Below, in pieces: positions 1-12,070 of a stretch of DNA of 64,000 nt. Position 1 is the stretch's first letter. The number at the start of each line of letters is the position of its first letter. The translations under genes and the position numbers were made by a program. The DNA lies in the NCBI GenBank assembly GCA_035221665.1, contig CM069174.1, positions 10,788,001 through 10,852,000 on the forward strand. Reading direction: 5' to 3'. Under the pieces are notes generated by a model. The model was not told the DNA's origin. It ran no database searches and saw only the letters and a program-made list of their open reading frames with translations. This DNA comes from Okamejei kenojei. Taxonomy: Eukaryota.

Positions 1-1018
1 GCAATTTCCACGAGGGCCTCTGAATATCAATGGCAGTGGCAACACAACGTTTGTAACATAGTGGCCACTTTTAGTGAGTGGTTAAGCATTTGAATGGACC
101 GAGCCAGAGAGTTTCTTCATTTGTAAGGATTCACACCATGGAACCATATGCAGAGTGGCAGTGGGGACATTTCTGTAAACACAAATTGTGCACTAAATTC
201 ATCCTCCGCATGACTCTTACAGAAGCCAGACAAAGAAACAGTGGAAGTCAGCAATATCAGGGATTGTCTGTCAAAGCCTGCAAGTTTCATGTTGTGCTAT
301 ATGGTGAGAAATGTATACATTGATCAAAAGGAAGAAAAGCATTTCAGAGCAATGGAGATTGGGGGGAAAGGTGGGATTGAAATCTCACTATATTAAATCA
401 TTCAAACAACAAAGATCCTAGCACTGATCCTTGTGGAACACCACTGGTCACTGACCTTCAATCAGAAAAATGCCTTTCTACCGTTGTCTTTTATTCCATT
501 TGTTTTGTCCTGTTAACCAAGGACCACCATTAAACAACTCCACAATTTCTGTGAGCCAATCCTACTCAGGAAGAGGAGGGGAATGGAAATAAAGGATTAT
601 CAAAAATGTTTCTTTTTAATATCATGGGGTCAAACTACAATAAACCAGAAAATTAATAGATGAGATTAGTCTTCAAGCAAGTCAAAATATCCAGCACTAA
701 CCAGAGCACAATGGTTTAAATCAAATCATATGAATAGGAATGTGGGTAGGATTTATTCCCCTATTGGTTTGTCAAGATGATTCGTCAGAGAGCAACCAGA
801 GCATCCTACATTACAGTGGGACAAGAGTCCCATCAACCAGCTAAGGTTTCTTCTCTTCAGGACATCAGTAAGCCAGATGGGCTTTTCTAACAATTCACCA
901 GCTTCATAGTTATAGAGACTAACTTTTCTCTAAAAATAACCACTCCTACAGCTGCACTTTCAGTCATTACTCCAGCAACATGACAAATCTACTGCCAATC
1001 CTGCCAGTTGCAGCTTAC

Positions 1019-1120
1019 CTCCGGCACAGTCCTGAGTGTGTTGGGGTCACAGTTGTCACTGATTTCTATGCGTGGGATATTGTCACTGCCATTCAGCTGA
1101 AGATTTTCCGAACAGCCCTC
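1019..1120 (-). CDS. IL23A: IL-23 p19-like, coding exon 2 (gene continues beyond the left edge)
   Basis: Acceptor ttttctcggcag, then EGCSENLQLNGSDNIPRIEISDNCDPNTLRTVPE, then donor GTAAGC. 102 nt, phase 0/0. Matches human p19 [22 protein letters not shown] (P-x-I-x3-D-x-CDP-x2-LR). Not in the ORF track. Confidence 0.88.
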
Positions 1121-1184
1121 CTGCCGAGAAAATAAAATCAAAGTTCTGATTATTGTGTTTGTGACTCAAACATGCTACTAGTTA

Positions 1185-1505
1185 TGTGCGAAAGAACTGT
1201 AGATGCTGGATAAAATCGAAGGTAGACACAAAGTGCTGGAGTAACTCAGCGGGTAAGGCAGCATTTATGGAGAGAAGGAATGGATGATGTTTTTCGGGTC
1301 GAGACCCTTCTTCAGACTGATGTCGGATGCAGGGTGGGAAGAAGTGTAGTCAAGATAGCTATGGGAGTCAGTGGGTTTGTAGTAGATGTCGGTCAGTAGT
1401 CTGTTACCTGCGATGGAAACGGTGAGATCTGGACACGGTAGGGAGATGTCTGAAATGGTCCAGGTGAATTTGAGTGCCGGATGGAAATTAGTGGTGAAAT
1501 TAGGG
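1185..1505 (-). mobile_element. Internally deleted Penelope-like element with 11-bp TSD
   Basis: RT fragment (FHPALKFTWTISDISL...DIYYKPTDSHSYLDY) fused to the terminal repeat unit. GCTACTAGTTA at 1174-1184 and 1506-1516. Confidence 0.82.
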
Positions 1506-1839
1506 GCTACTAGTTAGTTGTTCATGATCATAGTATTGAAATCTGACACAGTGCTGTTTGCCACTTAACCCAGTCACAGCTGCAAGTCTGAATCTCCTAA
1601 CATCCAAAGACCACTAAGAAATACTCTTGTGTTGTTTTGTTGAATTCACAACCTCCCTGTCATCCACCTAACCCCAATCTCTATCCCGTTAGAACTCTGC
1701 ACAACAACAACTTGTGTTTTTCGAGGATGTGTAAGCAACACAGATGTCAAATAAATGAACCAAATCAGGAGTTCTTTAGGTAAGTTACCAAAGGCTCGGT
1801 CAGAGAGAATCAAAACAAAATTCCAGAATGCACCGTGTC

Positions 1840-2135
1840 AACTCACCAAGACTCAGACAGCACCTTCCAACCCCATTACCTCAACCAGCTAGAAGGACCA
1901 GGACAGCAAAAACATGAACATCACCGCCTGGAAGTTGCCCTCCCATCCCCCACCGACCTGACTTGGAAATACATTATCGTTCCTTCACTGTTACTGGATC
2001 AACATCCTGGATCGACATTTGCACCTCAAGGACTGCAGTAGATCAAGAAGGCACCACCACCTTCTCCAGTTCGATTAGGGACAGGTCATTAAATGACGGC
2101 TCAGCCTGCGAAGTCCTCATTCCTTGCATGAATAC
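1840..2135 (+). mobile_element. Ancient LINE 3' end (CR1/L2-type shark repeat)
   Basis: ctgacttggaaatacatt..gttccttcactg..ggactgcag..caagaaggc..caccaccttctc. Related tails at about 5040-5105, 50710-50750 and 59030-59135. Confidence 0.55.
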
Positions 2136-2856
2136 AACACCCAGCAAGTCAAACAATATCTATGGGGATTAAAAGCGAGGCAGGGTTTAGATGCAGAGAG
2201 GTTTGCGTCGCTCATATGGAAGCAATGGCTCGCAATCTTGCAAATCTTTTGGTGCGGTGGGATGAATGCACCATTCTAACTTTCAAATCAAAACCCTGCG
2301 TCAGTTAGTGTTAGGTGACAATATTATTCCTGGTGTGCCCGCATGATTCAGCAAACTTGGAAATGTTTACCAGAACACAATATCGCGCACCCACTGTATT
2401 GTGCTGTGCCTCCCGTGAAGAGGAGGATAAGGAGAGTCTAAAATGTTGTTGCGTTCATGAGAATTTGATTCCTCATTAAAAGAGCTGAGGTGGCCTTAGA
2501 GGGAGTGAGCGGGCATTATATATCACTGTCAAAATTAAAAGGCAGTTTTAATTCGGTCAATCATTTAATGTATTTAATTGGGAGTGCGCGTTCCTGCTGT
2601 TCTCGACACACCCCTGAGTGCCAACAGAGCGAGATGAATTGATTTAAGGCCACTTGGGCCAGTTAATCAAAAATGTCCAGTTGCGTTCTAATGAGAATGG
2701 AGTGAATGCGTGCAGCGATGACCCGAATCATCTGCCCTGCTCAGTTCAGGCCGCGAGAGACTCTCGGCACATTTATATACGGAACTCATCATCTGCAGAT
2801 TTGAGAATTAACAATATGAAACAGGTTATCACAATATACGTTCTGAATAATCCAAT

Positions 2857-2960
2857 CAGTCTGAAGAAGGGTCCCGACCTGAAACGCCGCCTGTCCATTT
2901 CCTCCAAGGTACTGCCCGACCTGCTGAGTTCCTCCGGCACGGTGTTTTATCCCGATATAC
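2857..2960 (+). mobile_element. Solo Penelope-derived terminal unit (hammerhead-like core 2861-2888)
   Basis: CTGAAGAAGGGTCCCGACCTGAAACGCC...CTGCTGAGTTCCTCCGGCA. Confidence 0.65.
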
Positions 2961-3924
2961 GATGATTTCATAATCAGTTGATCAGTACTTTTGTATCGAT
3001 TTGGAGGTTTCATATCCAAAATAAGTTTATATATTCTTGAAAGTAACTGTTCTTAAAATAATTACACGAAAGTATTCAAGAATCTACCCCTGGTCAACGA
3101 CCTGAAACGCGGACTCGCTTTTTTTCTTGGCAGATGCTAACTGACCTGCTTAACATTTCCAGCATCTTCTGATTTAGTATCACAGTCTATACTTACTGGA
3201 GAATATTTCCTCCGATGTAATTTATTTTATTTTGGAGAGACAGTTATCACCTCTAGGGGATAGTTAATTTCGTAAAATGAATATTTTTTTCCTTCATTCC
3301 TCGGCACTGGCTGTCTCACACATCAATGATTTTAAACTTTTCTGTACTCCTCCTTCCCCCCCCCCCCCCCCCCCCCCCCCCCCTCTCCCCTATTTTCTTC
3401 GAACTGGATTCACAGCCCCGATCTCCTATTTAAACCACCACAGACGTGCTAAATGATTTAGCCGGCACCACTCTCAATTCCTTTAGAAAAATTAAATGAA
3501 TGAATAATAAGTGAGTCGTACAGCACGGATCAGCTCTCTGGACCAAGGTGCTCCAACTAGACTAATCCCACCTGGTCGCGTTTGGTCCATACTCCTCTAA
3601 ACCTTTCCTATCCATATACCTGTCCAAATGCCCTTTAAATGTTATGAATATCTCCACTGAAATTCATTTATTACTAATAGTTTGTGCATATTTAGTTCAT
3701 GTTCCAAATAAGTAAACGTTTTAAAATAGCGGGAATTCGCATTATAACACTTAACTGAAAATATATCGATTTCTTCAAATGCAAACGTTTGATTTGCAGT
3801 TACCCAACTTAAAAATATTTTAACATCACTAAAACTTATGTTCATTGCATGGCGTGGTTAGAATTATTCATTGATTAAGCCAGAAACAAATAAGGTAAAT
3901 GGTATTCATTTTGCAGCCACTCAC

Positions 3925-4080
3925 CGGTCTGTGTGTATAATTAGAAACCTTTGAATTGAGATTCCTGGAAAGAGTTCGACAGGATATCCAACTGGGCTGC
4001 TGATCGGTCTCTAACGCTACGATCCCGGCTACACTGAGCAGCCAGACCAGAGCCACCATTCCGAAGCATCTCTCCATCAT
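3925..4080 (-). CDS. IL23A: IL-23 p19 (interleukin-23 subunit alpha)-like, coding exon 1
   Basis: Encodes MMERCFGMVALVWLLSVAGIVALETDQQPSWISCRTLSRNLNSKVSNYTHRP: a signal peptide followed by PSWISCRTLSRNL, resembling human p19 PAWTQCQQLSQKL. Ends at a phase-0 donor CCG|GTGAGT (156 nt). Lies head-to-head with PAN2 as in human. Confidence 0.85.
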
Positions 4081-4159
4081 TCCTTCAGAAAAGTCACAGC
4101 CTAGCACGAAACTACAGCGAATTGTCGAGCACAATCCAATACAAGACACTACAGGTCCC

Positions 4160-4220
4160 GCCTTATAACCGACCTTCTTGGTACAACGGAATTTCCCAGT
4201 TCAAGTGGGGGTGGAAGTGG
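4160..4220 (-). promoter_or_regulatory. IL23A proximal promoter: TATA box, NF-kB site, ETS core
   Basis: TTATAA at 4163-4168 (about 85 nt upstream of the ATG). GGGAAATTCC on the - strand at 4188-4197 is a consensus kB site. GGAAGTG at 4213-4219. Confidence 0.7.
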
Positions 4221-4724
4221 GGTTTTCAAATAACCTACCTACACTAATTTGTCTGAATAAGGTTTTTTTTTTTAATCTACCTTAAACTAATTTACCTGTC
4301 TCACCCATGTCCACCTCTTCTGCAAAAGAAAATACAACCCACACTTTCCACTGGGGGAGTAATTTGTTTCGAAAATATGTTTCATTATGTGGGTTTGCGT
4401 CAATCGCTGGGTTACGAATTCCTGTGGTCACTTGCTTCAGAAATGTCATTGAACGATATTTTCATGAGTAGTTATTCAATTAAAGGGTAAAGGGTCACTA
4501 CAGAAATGGCAGAAAAACGCGACAAAGTGTTAAGCGTTGGAGTTTTAGCGGGATATAATTTCGCTCTCAAAAAGTAAGAAGTAGTGCGTGGAATAATGTT
4601 CCAACATATCGTATTCAGGTGAATATTAACACCATTGTTCCCTTCAAACTCTACGCGTATTTTATGTTTTTAATGATTTTTCGCTGGAGAAATTAGGCAA
4701 TGGATGCTGGAAAGTGTAGAAATT

Positions 4725-4830
4725 AACTGCAGGCTGGTTTATACCAAAGATAGACACAAAAAGCTGGCGTAACTCAGTGGGTCAGTTAGCATCTCTGAAG
4801 AGTGACCTTTCGGATCGAGACCCTTCAGAC
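4725..4830 (-). mobile_element. Solo Penelope-derived terminal unit, decayed
   Basis: + strand reads agacacaaaaagctggcgtaactcag...tttcggatcgagacccttcagac. Confidence 0.6.
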
Positions 4831-5456
4831 GGAGAATCAGGGGAGAGGGAAACTGGAAGTCAGACTGAGATGTTAGTGGCTGTTTGTTAGCTATGGGTGT
4901 CATGTCAATTTTTAAAATATATTCCGTTACAACATATTAGCAGCTGAATTTGGTGTGGGGGATGAGTGGTGGGCTTTTGAAGCACAAAAGCTTCACAAAG
5001 AGCTCTGGTGACATAATAATGATGTTAATCAAATCCAAGGGCAGTTGTGGGTAGGTAATAAATGCTGACCTTGCCAGTAATGCCCACAACTCGTTGATGA
5101 ATAAAAAGGAACTGAAAGGAATGGGTAATGGCGCTTTTGTCAGATAAAAACTGTGCCAAAAAAGCAAAATGGAACCTCTATCAACGGATAAGGTCCAGTG
5201 GCCATTTGTTTCCCTTTACAAATATACTTTGAAATATCCCCCTATTATCCAGAAACACTGTTGTAAGATGGACAGATCACCTGTAAACATTTCCAATTCC
5301 AAACATTAGGTTTTAGCAGTGCCACCACTTTTAACATATGAATCAAGGGGTCGTTTGTTTGCCTTTTTGGCCATTCATTTTTTAGAGTGTTTTATTGTCC
5401 TAGGTCACGAAACAGAACAATTAACTTCTTACTTGCAGCAGCACAACGGATATGTA

Positions 5457-7073
5457 CCAAATTAATTTCCACATACCTTGACTGCATCCTAACCCCCCCT
5501 GGTCCAATCCCTTCCTACCTATGTCCAGGACCCCTCACACGCTCTTATCTTCAATGACTTTCCAGGCCCCCACTCCCTCATCTTTACTATAGATGTCTAG
5601 TCACACTACACCTCCATCCCCCACCAGGAGGGTCTTAAAGCCCCCCGTTTCTTCCTCGACCACAGAACCAGCCAATTTCCATCCACTAATACTCTCCTCT
5701 ACCTAGCAGAGCTGGTCTTTACCCTCAACAATTTCTACTTCGACTCCTCCCACTTCCTCCAGATCCAAGGCGTAGCTACGGGCACTCGCATGAGCCCTAG
5801 CTATGCCTGTCTCTTTGTAGGGTACGTCGAACAATCCCTGTTCCAAGCATGCACTGGTCCTATCCCCGAACTCTACCTCCTCTACATTGAGGACTGCATT
5901 GGTGCTACCTCTTGCACCCATGCAGCACTCACTGACTTCATCAACTTCACCACTATTTTCCATGCTGCACTCAAATTCACGTGGACCATCTCAGACATCT
6001 CCCTACCATTTCTAGATCTCATCATCTCCATCACAGGAAACAGACTATTGACCAAAATCTACTACAAACATACTGACTACCATAGCTATCTTAACTACAC
6101 TTCTTCCCACCCTGATACTTGTAAAGACTCGACCAGGGCATTGGAGATGTCCTCATTCTTTAGGTAACGGGGGTTCCCTATTCTTCATTTATAGATGAGG
6201 CTCTCACTACGGTCTCCTCGATATCCCACAGCTCCACTCTCACTCCCCCCTCTCGTAACAATGACAGTGTCCCCTTGTCCTCACCTTCCACCCCATCAGC
6301 CATCATATACAATATATAATCCTCCAACATTTTTGCCACCTCCAAAGGGATCCCACTATTGGCCATATCTTCCCATCTCCACATCTTTCTGCTTTCCACA
6401 GAGACCGTTCCCTCCATAACTCCCTGGTCAACTCGTCCCTTCCCACCCAAACCAACCCCTCCCCAGGTACTTTCCCCTGCAACCATAGGAGATACACCTG
6501 TCCCTTTACCTCCCCCCTCGACTCCATCCAAGGACCCAAACAGTCTTTCCAGGTGAGGCAGAGGTTCACTTGCACCTCCTCCAACCTCATCTACTGCATC
6601 CACTGTTCCAGGTGTTAACTTCTCTACATCGGCGAGACCAAGCGCAGGCTCAGCGATCGTTTTGCTGAACACCTCCGCTCAGTTCTTTTTAACCAAGCTG
6701 ATCTCCCGGTGGCTCAGTACTTCAACTCCCCCTCCCATTCCTAATCTGACCTTTCTGTCCTGTGCCTCCTCCATTGTCAGAGTGAGGCCCAGCGCAAATT
6801 GGAGGAGCAGCACCTCATATTTTGCTTGGGTAGCTTACAGCCCAGCGGTATAAACATTGACTTTTCTAACTTCAGGTAGCCATTGCTCTCTCTCTTTATT
6901 CCCCCCCCCCTTCCCAGTTCTCCCACTAGTCCCATGTCTCCGCCAACATTCTTTGTCCTACCCCCTCCCCTGACATCAGTCTGAAGAAGGGTCTCGACCT
7001 GAAACGTTGCCAATTCCTTCTCTCCATAGATGCTGCCACACCCGCTGAGTTTCTCCAGCATTTTGTGTCCACC
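5457..7073 (+). mobile_element. Penelope-like retroelement (RT plus GIY-YIG), degenerate, with TATGTA target-site duplication
   Basis: RT motifs YTSIPHQEG, QGVATGTRMSPSYACLFVG, YIED, SYLNYTSSHP; GIY-YIG region IYCIHCSRC..YIGETKRRL.DRF.EH. TATGTA at 5451-5456 and 7074-7079. Confidence 0.88.
6981..7008 (+). ncRNA. Hammerhead-like core in the Penelope terminal repeat
   Basis: CTGAAGAAGGGTCTCGACCTGAAACGTT. Confidence 0.6.
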
Positions 7074-7602
7074 TATGTAAACATAGTACTATGGCAAGGA
7101 GAACAATCAGCTACCTGTTACATCTCTCTCTCCCTCCATCATTACACTGTTGATGTCTGAGTACAATGAACATCTCCTGCACACGGTGCAAACAGGACAG
7201 GTTACAGCTTCCCTGGTAGATGCCATAGCTGTGAGTACCGCTCACATATGGTTATACTGCAAAATCACAGATATCTTTGTGAGGGAATATATTAATATAT
7301 ATAATATTCTCTGTGTAAAACAGACAATTTGAACAACTCTGCTACAGGACTTGGCCAGCTGAGTCTGTGTGAGTACCATCAAACCATTCTTGGTGGTGGA
7401 CATTGAAGTTCCCATCCAGAGTACATTCTATTTCCTTGCTTCGGTGCTTCATTAAGTGTTTTTCAACATGGAGGAACACAGATTCATCAATTGAATGATG
7501 GTAGTCAGGAGGATATTTCCTTGGCCATGTTTTTCCAAATACTATAAGACTTCATGGGGTCTGGCATTAATATGGAGGACTGACTGGGCAACTCCATCCT
7601 GC

Positions 7603-7636
7603 ATATAGTGGAGTATATATATATACTCCACTATAT
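7603..7636. repeat. Perfect 34-bp palindrome
   Basis: ATATAGTGGAGTATATA|TATATACTCCACTATAT. Confidence 0.9.
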
Positions 7637-10600
7637 ATTCTCTCTAGTTAAGATATCCTACAAGTATGTTAAAACAAAAGGCATCAGTACTCTTGTTAAA
7701 TGAAACATATGTGCATGGAGACAGTTAGTTCCTAATGGACAGTGGTCAGAAGCATAAATCCTGCCTAGCCTAATCTTCCCTAGCTTTGTGATACTGAGGC
7801 CAATTTTAGACCTACAACAACTGCACTGGTGAGATTAGCTAAGTGAAGTCAGACTGGAACTCAAACCTGGGAAATGCCTGCTCTGCGTGACAGTGACCCA
7901 TTGAAATGGGGTTTGGGGTAGGGGTAGTGATAGTGGGGAGGGGGTTGCAAGAAACTTTCTTGTGATAAGGTGGAAATTCCTCCTGATTTTGCTCCTTAAA
8001 TCACAGAGGTTTTTAGGTTTAAACAGCACATGTTGGTTCTTAATTCCCACATATTTCAAGTGGCTGTACTTAACTGAATACTCCCAGTCAATTTTAGGGG
8101 AAGTGGTCACTGAGCATGATTGAGCTGGAATTAAATTTCAACAAACTGAAAAATAATACACTCTGGTGAGTGATCTCATTGCTCTTTGGACTGACATCCC
8201 ATCAGGGAATATAAAATTCTATTCTCTGACGTATTTTTCAAGTAACATAACCAACTTCATCTTGAATGAGATTACATTCAGTATAGCTATACTCTACAGC
8301 TTTGGAACTTTCTGTTAGACAAGCCATATCTAAATCCACAGGAATTGTATCACACTTTTTGCGCAATGCTGAAAGTTGGCAAATCTTGTTAACCATAGTT
8401 TAGTTATCTTAATCTGGGAAACATTATGTTTGGAAGAGGCTAATATTTTATACCAGAAGGAGGTTTTACACATCCTAGGCTGCAGATCTGTTCAGCAGAT
8501 ATTGCCCACTCTTATTAATATCTTATAGATTTGTAAAAAAAAAATGTTGTATAACTCATCACACTCAAGTTTTACCCTGAGGCGATTTGGATGTCTAAAT
8601 AAATTGGCATAATTAGCAGCCCAAATAATAGAATTTATAGAGAGAGGGGGAGGGCGGGGGGAGAAAGCAGCAGTGTGGCAAGTGAAGCCAAATACCCTAC
8701 GCTTGTACTGTAAGACTCTCTGATTAAAAATAACAGAAATTATCATTGAAGGAATAAGCTCATAAAGGTTAATTTGCCCAGCAATGCAGGAAAGCTAATC
8801 TACTCCAAGGTCTTAACTGAGGCAACTGCTAAAGTTTACTGAGGTGAAATCCCGGTGATGCTTAGTCAATTTGCTCAAAACTCTCAGTTTAAGTAACTCC
8901 TCTAAAAGGTTTATGTGTCAACAGGTCCTGTACTGAACATTACCACAAAACAAAATTAGTGAATTCAAATCATTCAGGATGTCTCAACATTTCTCTTGAA
9001 AGTTGGACCTGAAGGAGAGGTATTCTTAATTCTGTAATGATAGAACTAGCTCAGTTACCCGAACAACTCAGCTTCCAGCTGCTTTGTGATCTCTCCCAGT
9101 GTGACAGCCCATGACAAATTGTACAAACCTCTACAGTTGTTGCATGGAGTCCAAATTGCTACCCATGAGCCTAGGTTTTGCATTAAAATCCTGAAGTAAT
9201 CGCTCTGGTGCCCAAGTAATAAAGCTTCTCCTCAACGATCAAAGGAAAAACTGGAACTGTTTGGATGCATCTGTGAATGGATCAACATACATCTTTAATT
9301 TTGCTTTGCACAATAATTATTTTGCTGGAAAAAGATGACTGACAGGTAGAATCACAGTATTTACAGCGAAGGAGGTAACTCAAGCTTATCACAGTGTTGG
9401 AACATCAGCTGAGTTTATCTACTTTAATCCCATTTCCTCCTATCACTATATATTATAAAATACATATCCAATCCTCTTTTATGTTTTATTATAATCTCTG
9501 CTTCAAGTAGGCAACTGCTAAAGTTTGCTGAGTACATGGACCAATATTCCAAATCAAATTGAGTTTAAACCACCACCACAGCAGTTTGATAATTCAAAAT
9601 AAATGTTTAAAAATCTGGAAGTAAAGGATTATAAAGTGACCACAATGCTATAAGATTGTAATCAAAATCCCAATTTGCTGACTGATGTCCTGTGAGGAAG
9701 GGAAGACTCATCCTCACCCACTCTGGACCTACACATGACTTGATACCCTCCTCCACACAGCTGGCCTTCAAATGTCCTGAAATGGATTTAGCAAACTTGA
9801 GATGTGTCACCATTCAGTTATTATTCCTAAAAAAAAATCTATTTCTACTTCCCTTTTAAAAGTTATAAGGGATCCTGTTTCCTTCACTGTTATACTCGGG
9901 CATTCCATCCCCTTAAAGAAACAACTTACAACAGAAAAACTCCCCAAACCTGTCCCTTTGTTCTTTTGGGGATGATCTTTAACTTAGGCCCTTTAATATT
10001 GACTCACCAACCAGTGGGGATAGTATTTAATTTCCCAGTGTACCTTATTAAAGCCCCTTATTACATATTTACCACTGCATTTCAACCCAATTCTGATTTG
10101 ATAATTGTGCAACAATAATCAAAACACAGCCTGCAGTCACAGAAATGAAAAACTTACATTTATACATGATCTTTAACATAACTAAAATTCTCCACATAGC
10201 GCAATGAGATATATTATCAGCTAATCTGTTGTTGGGGTTGGTTGAGGGATACATTTGGGAAGATCTGCCTCACTCATTTTTAAAAGGTGCCACAGGATCT
10301 TACATGTCCACCCAAAAGAACAAGTTAACCATCCAATGTGAAAGGCAGCACTTCTGCTGTACTCCATGGATTTATGATTTTAAATTCAAAACCTTCAAAC
10401 TCAGTGGTGAAAATCAGACAGGTAAGCATCATCAAGTCTCAACCCCTAAATGGGCAGAATCTGATTTTTTTAAGGTGTTTATTTCAGTTTTTATTCATAT
10501 GCATTTTCAGGATTGTACAACATCAGTAGGGTAAGGGCAGACAATTTATTCATAAAGGGGTACCAATAAAAGATTTATATAATGAATTGGCAGCGTAAAT

Positions 10601-11934
10601 GTTTTTTTTTTGTCGTGTTCATTACATTCATAATGAAAAAAATAAAACTAGAATACGAACTTCAGATCTTTTGTTACATTTACTGAAAGACACACATTAA
10701 TTTTGGTTGCTAAGGATGGAAGTTTTTTGTTAATCTGTGATCTGTGAGGTGAAAACCTGAATCCTGTTAAAAACAAACATGAGGGGTAGCCACAGAGGGA
10801 GGCAATGTGTGATTGTGAGGCCAAACTGCAGTCAATGGTCAGCTGCTTCACGAGAGATAAAGGAAAAATTGGTTAGGGGAGAAAAGTACAACAGGAAAAT
10901 TTTAAATGATATAAATCAATAAAGAAACATCACCTTGTGATACCCTCCTTAAGGGTAATTCCACAAATTGCGCAGCAACACAGAAACCTAAATCATTTAT
11001 GTGATTTCCAAAATTTTACAGGTAAATGTCGAGGAAAGTATCGTCAACAGGAACGCAGCACCAGGTGTAAAACATATTTCGTAGGCGTTGCTTCTCTTTG
11101 CAACAGATTTCTGTGAACTTAGTTGGTTGTGCCGTCACATGGTTCAACTTAGTTCCCTTGCCAAAGGAAGAAAGATTTGATATTAAATAGCACTGTGTTG
11201 TGGTTCTCAAATGCTCCATGCACACTGGATTCTGATGCAGTGCTGTAACCTTTCTCTGTTGCTTATATTGGGTTGGATTCAATTTTGATTAAACATTGAT
11301 AAAGGTCAATTTCACCTCATAGTCATAGATCAACAACATAAAAAAAATCAATCCATATTAACTGAAATTTACTAATGTGTGCCCTCCAGTAACCATAACA
11401 AAGGATCTTCCTGTTTATCGACATTCAATTTTTACCCGGTACTGAAAATGCAGATGTAAATGAGGTGGCCATCTTTACAACTGAGGTGATAGTCCAGTAA
11501 ATCTGCTTTTAGAGGGAGTATTATTTGAGGAAGGAAATTTGTGATATCATGGAATTGTTATGGTGTATTCAATCCTATCGTTGCTCCTCGTTAAGTGATC
11601 CCTTTGGCCCCATTCACCAGCTTTTTTTCTCCACAGGCGAACACATTATTGTTTTTCAAGTTTTAAAATAGTTCTTAGAAAATGTGGGACATGTTCACAA
11701 ATTAAAATCCTAAATAGGAGCAAAGCAAATTTTGATGGCATTAGACAAGTACTTGCAAAGGTTGATTGGGAGAGGCTGTTTGCAGGTAAAGGGACGTCTG
11801 GCATTTGAGAGGCTTTTAAAAGTGAGAAAGGGAGAGTTCAAGGCCAGCCAGTTCCTGTTAGAGTGAAGTGCAAGGCTGGCAGGATTATAGAACCCTGGTT
11901 AATGAAGGATATTGAGGCATTGGTCAGGAAAATA

Positions 11935-12070
11935 GAGACCCTTCTTCAGACTCAACCCTTAACGTCACCCATTACTTCTCTCCCGAGATGCTGCCTGTCC
12001 TGCTGAGTTACTCCAGCTTTTTGTGTCCATCTTCGGATTAAACCAGTATCTGCAGTTCCTTCTTACACAT
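11935..12070 (+). mobile_element. Penelope-derived terminal unit with inverted 5' end
   Basis: gagacccttcttcagact (inverted core) followed by aacgtcacccattacttctctccc...tgcagttccttc. Confidence 0.65.

Noticed and set aside
1-330. Possible IL23A exon 3/4 (- strand acceptor near 173 and donor near 219)
   Set aside because: Translations show no convincing p19 similarity and the implied intron of about 46 nt is too short; the remaining exons are probably outside the window.
3356-3383. Long C homopolymer (also G/C runs at about 34475, 45207 and 58823)
   Set aside because: Simple low-complexity runs with unreliable length; no specific function can be supported.
11130-11200. Antigen-receptor J-like motif FGKGTKL (- strand ORF 11016-11282) with a nearby CACAGTG heptamer
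   Set aside because: No nonamer at 12 or 23 nt spacing, no phase-1 donor after the motif, and no V or C segments nearby; most likely chance.
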